Shown here: piece after piece, positions 15,480 through 15,797 of the stretch
Layout of the letters: each line of letters opens with the position of its first letter
Position numbering within the stretch: position 1 is the first letter of the stretch
NCBI GenBank assembly: GCA_038208905.1
Contig: JBBQYG010000088.1
Coordinates: forward strand, 1 to 15,797
Reading direction: 5' to 3'
Length of the DNA stretch: 15,797 nt
DNA from: Candidatus Sumerlaeia bacterium
GTDB lineage: Bacteria > Sumerlaeota > Sumerlaeia > SLMS01
Made by a program: the position numbers and the translations under genes
The notes under the pieces: generated by a model
Told to the model about the DNA's origin: nothing
What the model saw: only the letters and a program-made list of their open reading frames with translations
Databases searched by the model: none

Positions 15480-15797
15480 ATGCCTCGCTACGACTACCAC
15501 TGCGATTCCTGCGGAAAAGACTTCGAGGCCGTCCAACGGATGTCCGAAACCCCGCTGACCGACTGCTCCTGCGGCAGCCGGGGATCCGTCCGCCGCCTCG
15601 TCAGCGCCGGAAACGGCGTCATCTTCAAGGGATCGGGTTTCTATCAGACCGACTACAAGGGAGGCGGCTCGTCAAAGAAGGGCTCCGAATCGGCCTCCCC
15701 CTCCCCAGAAAGCTCCACCTCCACGGCCACGGAATCCGCGACGGCCACCACTGCGACCCCCGCCAAGTCCACGGGCTGCGGCGGCGGAGGCTGCGGC
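15480..15797 (+). CDS. FmdB-family zinc ribbon protein (3' partial; absent from the ORF track)
   Basis: My translation from ATG 15480: MPRYDYHCDSCGKDFEAVQRMSETPLTDCSCGSRGSVRRLVSAGNGVIFKGSGFYQTDY, then an S/T/A-rich tail and GCGGGGCG. AGGT at 15466-15469; the frame runs off the window. Confidence 0.93.
   Translation, partial: MPRYDYHCDSCGKDFEAVQRMSETPLTDCSCGSRGSVRRLVSAGNGVIFKGSGFYQTDYKGGGSSKKGSESASPSPESSTSTATESATATTATPAKSTGCGGGGCG

Overview
GC-rich bacterial chromosomal window. The prepilin-like paralogs (FTLIELLIVVAIIAILAAIAVPNFLEAQTRAK...YDPSNGT) and a secreted protein with a single DxNxDGxIDAADV tail suggest Candidatus Sumerlaeota/BRC1 or a related lineage; this is inference only. In order, the window holds: the end of a surface-polysaccharide cluster (GT4 fragment, WcaJ-like priming transferase, RmlD-like SDR); a doubly frameshifted prepilin-like pseudogene; a stand-alone cNMP-binding protein divergent from an Rrf2 regulator / DUF2752 / secreted repeat-protein cluster; an EEP-family lipoprotein; a stand-alone UvrD/PcrA-type Tudor mini-protein in front of gatC-gatA (no gatB); an intact prepilin-like gene; Nif3/YqfO; a GT-C-like membrane protein; a Cys-rich GT9 heptosyltransferase; and a partial FmdB zinc-ribbon gene. 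Most notable observations: (i) a GTAG-type REP family with four copies and co-varying stems, three of which appear to be read in frame as the N-terminus of the membrane glycosyltransferase while one double-ended copy lies 7 nt after the gatC stop; (ii) a free-standing helicase-type RNAP-binding Tudor domain; (iii) an intact/broken pair of pilin-like paralogs associated with G/C homopolymer tracts; (iv) an Rrf2 protein with an extra four-Cys tail and a candidate operator. No CRISPR array, tRNA/rRNA or transposase was seen.
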